A stretch of DNA of 64,000 nt from Candidatus Latescibacterota bacterium (lineage in GTDB: Bacteria > Latescibacterota > UBA2968 > GCA-2709665), in the NCBI GenBank assembly GCA_965116875.1, contig OZ220733.1, forward strand, positions 4,256,001-4,320,000, read 5' to 3'. Position 1 is the first letter of the stretch; every line of letters starts with the position of its first letter. The notes under the pieces were generated by a model. It was not told the DNA's origin. It searched no databases and saw only the letters and a list, made by a program, of their open reading frames with translations. Positions 18,901-27,910 of the stretch are shown here, piece by piece. The position numbers and the translations under genes are program-made.

Positions 18901-19500
18901 ATGGCTATTTCTGCGAAGATGGTTCAGGAACTGCGGGCAAAGACCAACGTGGGGATGATGGATTGCAAGAAGGCCCTCGTCGAGAGCGACGGAGATATGG
19001 AGAAGGCCGTTGAGCTGCTGCGGACGCGTGGCGTCGCCAAGGCGGAAGATCGTGCCGGCAGGACGGCGAAGGAAGGTTTGATTGCGTCTTACATTCACAC
19101 CGGCAGCAAGCTCGGCGTGATGCTGGAAGTCAACAGCGAGACCGATTTTGTCGCCAGGACGGACCAGTTCCAGACATTCGCCCGGGACCTTGCAATGCAC
19201 ATTGCCGCCAGCGCGCCGATCGCGGTGAGCCGGGATCAGCTGGAAGAGGCGAACATCGAGCGGGAACGAAGGATCTTCAGGCAGCAGGCGCTGGATGAGG
19301 GCAAGCCCGAGAGGGTTCTCGACCGGATCGTGGAGGGGCGTCTGGAGAAGTATTATCAGGATGTTTGCCTGATGGAACAGCCTTTCGTAAAGGATCCGGA
19401 CAAGACTGTCAGAGACCTGTTGATGGATCTGATCGCCCAGTGCGGCGAAAACGTGACCGTCAGACGGTTCGAGCGGTTCGTCCTCGGAGAGGAGAGCTGA
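18901..19500 (+). CDS. tsf: Elongation factor Ts (short form, about 199 aa)
   Basis: ELRAKTNVGMMDCKKAL, EVNSETDFVA, LAMHIAA, VRRFERF. Confidence 0.97.
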   Translation: MAISAKMVQELRAKTNVGMMDCKKALVESDGDMEKAVELLRTRGVAKAEDRAGRTAKEGLIASYIHTGSKLGVMLEVNSETDFVARTDQFQTFARDLAMHIAASAPIAVSRDQLEEANIERERRIFRQQALDEGKPERVLDRIVEGRLEKYYQDVCLMEQPFVKDPDKTVRDLLMDLIAQCGENVTVRRFERFVLGEES

Positions 19501-19565
19501 GCGCCATCCGTGACGGCGCGGCGAACAGTGCCGGGAGCCCGTTTTTTCACGAAGGGACGAATCAG

Positions 19566-20123
19566 ATGGTCGACGAAATTCTTTCAGAGACCAGGCAATC
19601 GATGACAAGATCCGTGGAAGCGTTTCAGCACGAAATGTCGACGGTTCGTACGGGGCGGGCAAACACGGCATTGCTGGACAATATTCGCGTTGAATACTAC
19701 GGCGCCCAGGTGCCGCTGAACCAGGTCGCGACCATTGGCATACCGGAGCCGAGGCTGATTGTACTTCAGCCGTGGGACAAGAGCGCGATTCCGGCCATCG
19801 AAAAGGCCATCCAGACGTCGAACCTGGGTCTTGCGCCGTCCAGCGACGGGACCGTTATCCGCTTGCCGATACCCCACCTGACGGAGGAACGCCGCACCGA
19901 ACTCGTACGCGTGGTACGCCAGATGGCGGAAGATAGCAAGGTCTCTGTAAGAAATGCCCGGCGGGACGCCAACGAGATGTTGAAAGACGGTCAGAAAGAG
20001 GGCGAGATACCTGAAGACGACTCCAGAAAGGGTCAGGACCAGGTGCAGAAGCTGACCGACGATTTCGTGGAGGAAATCGACAAGCTGCTGGTGCGGAAGG
20101 AAGAGGAGATTATGGAGGTCTGA
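19566..20123 (+). CDS. frr: Ribosome recycling factor
   Basis: VRTGRAN, IEKAI, LTEERR, VRNARRDA, KEEEIMEV. Confidence 0.97.
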   Translation: MVDEILSETRQSMTRSVEAFQHEMSTVRTGRANTALLDNIRVEYYGAQVPLNQVATIGIPEPRLIVLQPWDKSAIPAIEKAIQTSNLGLAPSSDGTVIRLPIPHLTEERRTELVRVVRQMAEDSKVSVRNARRDANEMLKDGQKEGEIPEDDSRKGQDQVQKLTDDFVEEIDKLLVRKEEEIMEV

Positions 20124-20137
20124 GTCCCCTATCAGTC

Positions 20138-20186
20138 CGCCGCCAATCGCTGCTTTCCGGTCTTCCGAAGGTGGCGGTTTTTGTTT
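20138..20186 (+). terminator. Probable intrinsic terminator after frr
   Basis: CCGCCGCC...GGTGGCGG followed by TTTTT. Confidence 0.5.
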
Positions 20187-20257
20187 GCGCGTAAAGGGCG
20201 ATTCGGTTTCGGGACCGGAACCCCGAGAATCTCTGAAAGGAATGCTCGGTAACCCAG

Positions 20258-21130
20258 GTGCTCATGGGCTTTGTGGGTGACTTGCACGGGCGTGTGCTTC
20301 ATGCGCTCGCCCTGATTGTTACGTGGCAGAAACGAAACGGCCGGCGTTTCGACCTGCTGATCCAGGTAGGGGACATGGGGGCCTTTCCGGACATGTCCAA
20401 CCTCGAACGGACCGCCAATCGTCACTTCGCCACGGATCCTTCGCAACGCGACTTCGTTCGCCTGATGCAAGCTGACGCCGGTCTGGCAGAGGCGTTGTCG
20501 TCGCTGGGTCGATTCATTGGTACGCCGGTCCATTTCATTCGCGGCAATCACGAAGATTTCGAATGGCTGGAAGACCTGCCGCGGGATCCGGTTTCCGGTA
20601 CAGCGACAGTCGATCGTTTCGGGCTGTTGCGTTACGTACCGGACGGCACACTGATGACGTTCGGCGGGCTGCGAATTGCCTTCCTCGGCGGCGTCGGGGA
20701 ACGGAATGATGCGGCAGGAATAGATCGGGGAACATATGAAGCGCTGTTGGCCCGGGAACCTGGAAGTATCGACGTACTTGTGACCCATCAGGGTCCGTAC
20801 GGCAGCAGCACCGGATTCAGCGGCGACATTCACGGATCGCAGATGATTTCTCAACTGATCGAGAGGATCCGTCCGTCATATCATGTGGCCGGTCACGCCC
20901 ATGTCCTCTCCGGGCCCACCCGGTATGGCCAGACGACGTATCTTGGACTCGACGGAATTGTGGCCCCTACGCTGTATCACCCTGATGCGCGAGGATTTCA
21001 GCCCGGCAGTCTCGGCGTCCTGGATACCTGCCACGGCAAGCTGGAGCCGGTTGCCGACGATTGGCTTGCCGAGTTCAAAACGCCGTTCGATTTTCGCGAT
21101 TGGTTCGACGGGTTTCGGGCCGCTTCCTGA
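20258..21130 (+). CDS. Calcineurin-like metallophosphoesterase
   Basis: GDLHG, VGDMG, RGNHED, VTH and GHAH motifs. Confidence 0.88.
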   Translation: MLMGFVGDLHGRVLHALALIVTWQKRNGRRFDLLIQVGDMGAFPDMSNLERTANRHFATDPSQRDFVRLMQADAGLAEALSSLGRFIGTPVHFIRGNHEDFEWLEDLPRDPVSGTATVDRFGLLRYVPDGTLMTFGGLRIAFLGGVGERNDAAGIDRGTYEALLAREPGSIDVLVTHQGPYGSSTGFSGDIHGSQMISQLIERIRPSYHVAGHAHVLSGPTRYGQTTYLGLDGIVAPTLYHPDARGFQPGSLGVLDTCHGKLEPVADDWLAEFKTPFDFRDWFDGFRAAS

Positions 21131-21141
21131 CGATTCACAAT

Positions 21142-21876
21142 ATGCTATCTTTGACGGTGATCGCGATCGTTTTTGTGGCGGCGCTGGTCCATTCGACGCT
21201 CGGGTTCGGGACGGCCCTGGTGGCGATGCCGATGCTGGTGATGGTCCTGGATGCCAGGGTGGCGACGCCATTGGTCGCGCTGACGATGCTGACGACAATC
21301 GCCCTGCTTCTGGCCGGGTCCTGGCGGGAGCTGGACGTCAGGTCCGCTTTGCACCTGCTCGCAGCATCCATTCCTGGGATTCCCGTGGGTCTGATGATCC
21401 TGCGTTTTGTTCCCCAGGATGGCTTCAAGGCCGGGCTGGGCATCCTGCTCATCGCCGTGGGTCTCTATAACTTGCGTTCGTCCGTAATGCCGAGGCTGGA
21501 ACATATCGGTTGGGCCCACGTGTTCGGTTTCGTGTCCGGCGTACTCGGCGGCGCGTATAACGTCAATGCGGCGCCGGTGGCCGTTTACGGGATCATGCGG
21601 CGTTGGCCGCCGGAACACTTCAGAGCGACGCTGCAGGGGTATTTTTTCCCGTCGACCTTGCTTATTGTGGCCAGCCACGGATTGGCCGGACTCTGGACGG
21701 GGGACGTATTCGGATTCTATCTGCCAGCCGTTCCCGCCGTCATTCTAGCCGTTCTGCTTGGCCGTTTCATCGGCGCGCGAATTGCACCCGATCGATTTCA
21801 GCGTGTTCTGTACATGGCCCTGTTGGCGTTCGGGGTGATGCTCCTGTTGTCGCCCTTATTGGCGACCGTCAATTGA
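21142..21876 (+). CDS. TauE/SafE (sulfite exporter) family membrane protein
   Basis: GFGTALVAMP, GFVSGVLGGA, FRATLQ; about 8 TM segments. Confidence 0.87.
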   Translation: MLSLTVIAIVFVAALVHSTLGFGTALVAMPMLVMVLDARVATPLVALTMLTTIALLLAGSWRELDVRSALHLLAASIPGIPVGLMILRFVPQDGFKAGLGILLIAVGLYNLRSSVMPRLEHIGWAHVFGFVSGVLGGAYNVNAAPVAVYGIMRRWPPEHFRATLQGYFFPSTLLIVASHGLAGLWTGDVFGFYLPAVPAVILAVLLGRFIGARIAPDRFQRVLYMALLAFGVMLLLSPLLATVN

Positions 21877-21904
21877 CCCATCGCGAAGTACATATTTCCG
21901 TTGA

Positions 21905-22032
21905 TTCGCGCTTTTTGGTTTTTTCGCAGTCTCGCAGCTTTCACGCCTTTCGTATTTTTCGAAGTTCGTAGTCTCGTATACTCGTAGTTTCGTGCCTTTT
22001 GTTTTTTTCGTAGTCTCTTGCCTTTCGCAGTT
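21905..22032 (+). repeat. Pyrimidine-rich degenerate 8-9-nt tandem repeat (TTCGYAGTC-like)
   Basis: About 14 imperfect units; a reverse-complement copy lies at 61792-61900. Confidence 0.7.
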
Positions 22033-22053
22033 GATTTCGGAAAGGAGAGTATA

Positions 22054-22416
22054 GTGAACGCTACAGAACCCATGGTCGTCCATTATGTCGAGGACATGGA
22101 AAAGGCGTTGCCTTTTTACCGCGACGTCATCGGGCTGAAGGTGGAGTTCGAATCGACGGGATGGAGTACGCTGCGCTGCGGAGGATGCATTGTGGCGCTG
22201 CACATCCTTTCCCCGGGGATGAGCGAAGGCGCGGTCGCCCACGCGGGGTTGAATCTCCACGTGGACGACCTCGATGCGGCGGTGAAGGAAGTCGCGGCCG
22301 GTGGAGGAGAGGTCAGAAACGTCCGGGAGGCCGGGGGCGGCATACCCGTGCGAATTGCCGTCATCGCCGATCCGGCAGGCAACGTCTTCGAACTCCGCCA
22401 GTACGTCGGCGACTGA
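22054..22416 (+). CDS. VOC/glyoxalase family protein
   Basis: VEDMEKALPFYRDVIGL, VDDLDAA, DPAGNVFEL; AAGGAG SD, GTG start. Confidence 0.88.
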   Translation: MNATEPMVVHYVEDMEKALPFYRDVIGLKVEFESTGWSTLRCGGCIVALHILSPGMSEGAVAHAGLNLHVDDLDAAVKEVAAGGGEVRNVREAGGGIPVRIAVIADPAGNVFELRQYVGD

Positions 22417-22450
22417 ATCCGGAACCACTCCCCCCGCCCGCCCGATCACC

Positions 22451-22616
22451 GGGTGAGACGTAAGACGGGAGAGGGGAGAGATTGACTGCCTCGTGAGGAT
22501 TCTTTTCGTGCCGAAGGAGATGAGGTTAGACATACCTGGCAAGGGCTTCTTCTACCGTCTACCCTCTTCCGTCTCCCCGCATTTCTTCTACCGTCTACCG
22601 GCTCCCGTCTACCCGT
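22451..22616. repeat. Heptamer-type repeats (TCTACCG) with a complementary purine block
   Basis: 17-mer TTCTTCTACCGTCTACC at 22547 and 22583; AGACGGGA block at 22451-22480. Confidence 0.55.
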
Positions 22617-22691
22617 ATTCAGGCTCTACGTGGCCAATTGAGAGGTTGCCTTTTTTTTAATCGAGTATAACCACTTGAAGGAGGTCTCTCC

Positions 22692-23219
22692 GTGAAGAAC
22701 TGTATACTCGCCGTCGTTCTGTCCGCCGTTGTCCTGTTCGTCTGGGGGTATGTCTCGTGGACGATACTGCCCTGGCACAATGCGGTAGCGAACAAATTCG
22801 CGGATGAATCGGCTGTTGCATCGGTCCTCAAGGAACACGCGCCTTCCGCCGGAATCTATTATCTTCCGTTTGCGCAGGAGGACCTCAAACCGGGCGCCGT
22901 ATTCGCAATGGCGAACGTCTTGCCCGACGGCGTTGAATCGGGCATGGGAGGGATGATGGTCCTGGCCCTGCTCGGGCAGGCGGTCTCCGCGCTGCTCGTC
23001 CTTCTTCTTCTGTGCAAAACGTCGAACCTGGATTACTGGGGGCGGGTTCGTTTCGTGGCGCTCGCGGGCGTGGCCATCGGATTCGTAAGCCACTTTCCTT
23101 ATTGGAACTGGTTCGGCTTCTCCACGTCGTACACGCTCGTCATTATCCTGGATACGCTGATCGCATGGACGCTTGCCGGACTGGTCCTTGCGAGATTCGT
23201 CGAAGGGAAATCAGAGTAG
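22692..23219 (+). CDS. Hypothetical membrane protein
   Basis: GGAGG SD; about 4 TM segments. Confidence 0.75.
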   Translation: MKNCILAVVLSAVVLFVWGYVSWTILPWHNAVANKFADESAVASVLKEHAPSAGIYYLPFAQEDLKPGAVFAMANVLPDGVESGMGGMMVLALLGQAVSALLVLLLLCKTSNLDYWGRVRFVALAGVAIGFVSHFPYWNWFGFSTSYTLVIILDTLIAWTLAGLVLARFVEGKSE

Positions 23220-23265
23220 ATCGTTGCTGCAAATGAGGTGTCGAGTGGCTCCACAACAATCCGGA

Positions 23266-24144
23266 ATGTCATCGCAGGCGCACAGGGCCAGCAGAACGGC
23301 CAACCTGGCTGCATGCGTGCGCGCGTATCACTGCCGCTGGCACCCGGCGCCGATCTTCTCCGACACCTACGCTTTCGCGATGATATCGGGTTTCTGGCGG
23401 GCGATTGCCAGGCATCGTTTGTCCAGCTGGATAACCGTTCACACGCTTTTCCGCGCATTCCGACCCATACACACCGAAATCATCCTGCGTTCCCGGTATG
23501 CCGAAGACCGTCTCAGGGACGCTGTGCGCGCGGGCGTTGCGCAGTACGTCATTCTCGGGGCCGGACTCGATACGTATTCCATGCGCCAGGATGAGGGTTC
23601 GGACGGGTTGCGGATATTTGAGCTGGATCATCCCGCAACCCAGGAAATGAAGCGCTCACGGGTGCTGGATGTGTATGGCAGGATTCCGGCCAATCTGGTG
23701 TTCGTTCCCATCGACTTCGAAACCGATCGCCTCGACGAAGCGCTCGCGAAGGCCGGATTCGATCCTCACACGCCATCGTTTTTTTCCTGGCTGGGTACGA
23801 CCTATTATCTCTCCAAAGACGCGATACACGAGACGCTGGATCGTGTCTCCGGCGTTGTTGCTTCGGGAAGCCGCATGGTTCTGGACTATAAGCTTGACAG
23901 GGATCTCGTTCCTGTGGAGAGCCTCCCGTTCGCTGACAAGCTGGACCGCTTTGTGGCGCGGCGAGGAGAGCCGATGCTCTCCACGTTCACGCCGGAGGAG
24001 TTGAAAGACGTGATGTCCGGGTTCGGTTTTGCGCATCTGGAAAACCTCCCGGCCGGCGAGCAGAAACGCCGGTACCTGAACGAGAGATCCGGTCTGGTGG
24101 ATCCGGCGCCGAACTTCTCATTCGCCTTATATGGCGTGCCTTGA
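23266..24144 (+). CDS. Class I SAM-dependent methyltransferase (LCM/ML2640-like); start uncertain
   Basis: ASRTA, RSRYAED, QYVILGAGLDT, FELDHPATQ, FVPIDFE, WLGTTYYL. Confidence 0.88.
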   Translation: MSSQAHRASRTANLAACVRAYHCRWHPAPIFSDTYAFAMISGFWRAIARHRLSSWITVHTLFRAFRPIHTEIILRSRYAEDRLRDAVRAGVAQYVILGAGLDTYSMRQDEGSDGLRIFELDHPATQEMKRSRVLDVYGRIPANLVFVPIDFETDRLDEALAKAGFDPHTPSFFSWLGTTYYLSKDAIHETLDRVSGVVASGSRMVLDYKLDRDLVPVESLPFADKLDRFVARRGEPMLSTFTPEELKDVMSGFGFAHLENLPAGEQKRRYLNERSGLVDPAPNFSFALYGVP

Positions 24145-24193
24145 CCTGAAGGTCGGGCGACACTGACATTACTTGTCGTCCCGATAACGGATT

Positions 24194-24679
24194 GTGAACC
24201 CGAAACGAAGAGACTGGAAATTGACTGACACAAAGCGACGAATCGGCAAAGTCAGCTTACGCCAGGGTCTCCTGTTGATCTTCGTCCTGGGAAGTGTCGG
24301 CCTGGGCGCTGAGTTGTTGCTGTTGGAGCATTTCAAGGAGTGGCGGCAACAGGTGCCCCTGGCGCTTCTGGTATTGGGTCTCATTTTGCTGGCGGTCCAT
24401 CTGGTCTATAAGGGGCCCGTTGTCCTGCGGTTGTTCCGGCTGATGATGCTGGAGTTTGTCCTCGGCGGGATCGTGGGTGTCTGGATTCACTTCGACGCGA
24501 ACCTGGATTTTGAATTGGAGATGTATTCGAAATTGAGCGGCTGGGATCTGATATCCAGATCTGCGCACGGCGCCCTCCCGGTCCTGGCGCCCGGCGCCCT
24601 CATTCAGCTTGGTCTCATCGGCTTGCTATATACCTACCGGCATCCGGGTCCGGGCTTGGGACAACCTGAATCGGATTAG
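24194..24679 (+). CDS. Hypothetical membrane protein
   Basis: 4 TM segments, ELLLLEH and PVLAPGAL motifs. Confidence 0.7.
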   Translation: MNPKRRDWKLTDTKRRIGKVSLRQGLLLIFVLGSVGLGAELLLLEHFKEWRQQVPLALLVLGLILLAVHLVYKGPVVLRLFRLMMLEFVLGGIVGVWIHFDANLDFELEMYSKLSGWDLISRSAHGALPVLAPGALIQLGLIGLLYTYRHPGPGLGQPESD

Positions 24680-24764
24680 CGAATTCAGGGAGCATGCGCT
24701 AAGCATGACCTCCCTCAGGTCCGCGGAAGTCCGATCTCCGGACCGAAAACCGGGTAATAGCAAA

Positions 24765-24801
24765 GAGCGGCGCGCCTTCCGGCGAATGCGCCGCTCCTTT
24801 T
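24765..24801 (+). terminator. Terminator-like hairpin
   Basis: GAGCGGCGC...GCGCCGCTC followed by CTTTT. Confidence 0.5.
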
Positions 24802-24924
24802 CATGTACTGCTGGCGGTTGTCGGCAATTGAGAGTCTCTGAAGATACCATCGCGTGGCTTCGCTTTGTTCAGCCGTAACCGAACCGATGGGAATCAACGC
24901 GCGAGCCCGTTCGAAGGTTCGATC

Positions 24925-25080
24925 ACTCCCCCCTTGAGGGGGAGTCGCAGAAGCCGAGCCCGCCCCCTGAGCCTTGTCCTGCTTGTGCTGCTTGCACTGA
25001 GCCTGTCGAAGTGGCCTGTCGAAGCAAGCTTTTCGAAGGATTGTCGAAGGGCGGGCGACGGCTGATGCGGTGGGGGGATT
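24925..25080. repeat. Composite REP-like palindromic elements
   Basis: ACTCCCCC-CTTGA-GGGGGAGT hairpin plus repeated (C)TGTCGAAG units. Confidence 0.5.
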
Positions 25081-25350
25081 ACGACACCATACCGTATGCA
25101 TGCAACATAGTCAGACATATACGCATATTGCGGTGAGATGTTGTTGTAGGATCTAACCTTGATTCCTCATTTTTCGGGGACGTTAATTCGAATATGTGTC
25201 AGTTAAAAAAGCGATTTAACTGCTGATTACCAGGATACACCAGGACACTGTACGTGAACGGAAGAAATGTCCTTCATGACGACCATTTCGGCCCATTTCG
25301 AAAGGTTTCGTCGCGGTGCCGCGTTGCGGCTTTCGCGGAATTGAGGCTAA

Positions 25351-27216
25351 TCTCTAATTAAGCGAGTTATTTCAGATTTAAATGTATAAAAGTACCGGAA
25401 AGACTTATCTTTGTTGAAGTTAGCAGTCTCGGACGGGAAATTGCTACTCCAACGAAGGGGGCCTTTCCGGTGAAAAGAATATCGGTAAGAGAAAGCCGCA
25501 GGAACAGTACAAAATGTGGGCGCAAGGTACATGTACGGCAGAAGCGCGCGAGTCGCTTTTGTGCGCAAGGCAAGCCGATGTTTGGCAGCACGCGTGTACA
25601 TTACGAGGTCAGCGCAGATGGGCACGCGATGAGCTACGGTGGCATCACGGCGGTGCATCGCCTGGTGACGAAGTTGGGCTTGGTCAAGGAAATCGACGCG
25701 AGGTTGCAGTTGTTGAAGGTGCATCTGCCGTATCACGAGTCGGATCATGTGTTGAACCTTTCCTACAACATCATGTGCGGCGGCACGCGTCTGGAAGATA
25801 TCGAGCGTTTGCGACATGACGTGGCCTACATGAATGCCTTGAACGCGGATCTGATCCCGGATCCGACGACCACGGGTGACTTCACACGTCGCTTCACCGA
25901 GGCCGACGTGATCGAGCTGATGGATTGCATTAACGCGGTACGCGCCAAGTTGTGGCGCACACGCGCTACCCGAGACCTGGCAGGGGTGGCATACATCGAC
26001 GTGGATGGCACCAGTGCGCCAACGTATGGGCAGAAGAAAGCCGGTATGGACATTTCCTACAAGGGCGTGTGGGGATATGCGCCTTTGATCGTGTCGTTGG
26101 CCAATACCAAAGAGGTGCTGTATGTGGTCAACCGTCCGGGCAACGCGTCTTCTCACCAGGGCGCCGCATCCTGGATCGATGCGGCCATCTCCTTGGTGAA
26201 GCCCCACGCAGGGCGCGTATGCCTGCGCGGCGACACGGATTTTTCGCTCACCGGTCACTTCGATCGCTGGGCCAAAAACGTCGATTTCATCTTCGGCATG
26301 GACGCCAACGAGGCCTTGCGAACACGGGCCGAGGCGCTTGACGAAGCGGCCTGGCATCGCCTGCACCGGCCTGTCGCGCCACAGAAAAGGCACCGACGGG
26401 ACAATGAGAAGCAGCGCATCGTCAAGGCGCGGGGCTACCTCACCCTGGCGCTCAAGTTCGAAGACGTGGCACAGTTTGACTATCAGCCCGGCAAGTGCGA
26501 ACGGACCTACCGCGTCGTGGCCGTGAGAAAAAACATCTCCAAGACGAAAGGCGAGCAGACCCTCTTCGACAATATCCGGTATTTCTTCTACATCACCACG
26601 CGCCACGACCTCACACCTGCCGAAGTCGTCTTTGCGGCCAACAAACGTTGCGACCAGGAAAACGTCATCGAACAACTCAAAAACGGTGTCAACGCCCTGC
26701 GCGTGCCCATGTATGACCTGATCAGTAACTGGGCTTACATGGTCATCGCCGCACTGGCCTGGAACATCAAGTCGTGGTTTGCCATGATGATGCATCGCAT
26801 CAAACACCGCCGGCACTATATCCGGATGGACTTTCGCACCTTCCTCAACCACATCATCCTGTTTCCCTGTCGTGTGGTGAGAAACGCGCGAAGCACCACC
26901 GTGCGCATCATCGGCTATCAGCCGTCCCTGAGCAGACTCCTAAGCGCCTGGGCCACCATCGAACGCACCGGCTTCACCTGACACCAACTCGAAGGATGAC
27001 CGCAGATCACCACAGCGTTCGCGTCCATCATCACGCAACGGACCCTTACGCCCAAATCACACACAACCGGTCGCTTTACACAGCAAACTCACCTCGACAG
27101 ACCTCTGTACGACCTCACGCCATCACCATTTGCCAGGCACCATTGCTCTCATCAACCCAAACGCACCAAAATGCGCCCTTCGGCTCAACAAACAACAATA
27201 CTCGCTTATTTAAGGG
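25351..27216 (+). mobile_element. IS1380-family insertion sequence (1866 bp)
   Basis: Imperfect 17-bp TIRs (TCTCTAATTAAGCGAGT vs rc CCCTTAAATAAGCGAGT, 13/17 identical) and a CTAA target duplication at 25347-50 and 27217-20. Confidence 0.85.
25470..26981 (+). CDS. IS1380-family DDE transposase
   Basis: IDVDGT, GYAPL, RPGNA, LRGDTDF, RCDQENVIEQLK. Confidence 0.92.
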   Translation: MKRISVRESRRNSTKCGRKVHVRQKRASRFCAQGKPMFGSTRVHYEVSADGHAMSYGGITAVHRLVTKLGLVKEIDARLQLLKVHLPYHESDHVLNLSYNIMCGGTRLEDIERLRHDVAYMNALNADLIPDPTTTGDFTRRFTEADVIELMDCINAVRAKLWRTRATRDLAGVAYIDVDGTSAPTYGQKKAGMDISYKGVWGYAPLIVSLANTKEVLYVVNRPGNASSHQGAASWIDAAISLVKPHAGRVCLRGDTDFSLTGHFDRWAKNVDFIFGMDANEALRTRAEALDEAAWHRLHRPVAPQKRHRRDNEKQRIVKARGYLTLALKFEDVAQFDYQPGKCERTYRVVAVRKNISKTKGEQTLFDNIRYFFYITTRHDLTPAEVVFAANKRCDQENVIEQLKNGVNALRVPMYDLISNWAYMVIAALAWNIKSWFAMMMHRIKHRRHYIRMDFRTFLNHIILFPCRVVRNARSTTVRIIGYQPSLSRLLSAWATIERTGFT

Positions 27217-27684
27217 CTAATACTCTATGCGGTCGTCCATATTGTGCCATTCCCGAAACACCGGCAGCGCTTCGTCCCGCATGAACTGGTGGGAAGGGAT
27301 TCTCCGTTCGGCCCTCGGCAATTGTACTTCCCGGTAGAAAAATTCGTCGTCAAAACCGATTTCCGCCGCGTCTTCGGCGGCACTGGCGAAGTAAATCTTC
27401 TCGATCCTTGCCCAGTAGATGGCGGCCAGGCACATCGGACATGGCTCGCAACTGGCGTAGATTTCGCACCCGGTCAGGCGAAACGCGTGGAGTCGGGATC
27501 CCGCTCTCCTGATCGCCATCACCTCCGCGTGGGCGGTCGGGTCGTTGCGCGCGATGACCTCATTGTATCCTTCCGCGATGATCCTGCCGTCCTTCACGAT
27601 GACGGCGCCGAAAGGGCCGCCTTGCCGGGACCGCATCCGAATTCGCGAGAGTTTGATCGCTCTTTCCATGAATTCCCGTTGCAT
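27217..27684 (-). CDS. guaD: Nucleoside/guanine deaminase (CDA superfamily, GuaD-like)
   Basis: GGPFGAVIV, NDPTAHAEV, SCEPCPMCLAAIYWA, IGFDD. Confidence 0.85.
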   Translation of the reverse strand: MQREFMERAIKLSRIRMRSRQGGPFGAVIVKDGRIIAEGYNEVIARNDPTAHAEVMAIRRAGSRLHAFRLTGCEIYASCEPCPMCLAAIYWARIEKIYFASAAEDAAEIGFDDEFFYREVQLPRAERRIPSHQFMRDEALPVFREWHNMDDRIEY

Positions 27685-27832
27685 CTCGATTCGCTCCTCA
27701 TCTTTTTCAACTGTTCTGAAGGTATCCCGCTACCTTGTGATTGGGATCGTCGGGTAATCCAGCGTGGTCGCGATGCACCTTCTCGCCGCCGGAAAGCGCC
27801 GTCGATGGATCATGAAGACAATATACCCGGTC

Positions 27833-27861
27833 TTGACAGTGACGCGACAGAGACCTATGTT
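27833..27861 (+). promoter_or_regulatory. Sigma70-type promoter
   Basis: TTGACA-17 nt-TATGTT upstream of 27911. Confidence 0.5.
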
Positions 27862-27910
27862 CCAGACACCCGTTCAATGTGTCGTTTCAGCATTTCGGGC
27901 GAGGTAGAAT

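Noticed and set aside
18901-19500. Truncated EF-Ts pseudogene
   Set aside because: The ~200-aa short form is a normal variant (e.g. Thermus) and has an intact C-terminal motif.
21905-22616. CRISPR array
   Set aside because: Repeats are 7-9-nt degenerate tandem units with no unique spacers, and no cas genes are present.
22520-22660. 46-aa ORF with a repeated FFYRLP core (RiPP precursor-like)
   Set aside because: The SD abuts the ATG with no spacing, the repeat is explained by the DNA heptamer array, and no modifying enzymes are adjacent.
24686-24801. Riboswitch (TPP, glycine, guanidine, c-di-GMP)
   Set aside because: Core consensus motifs are not matched and no downstream gene exists to regulate.
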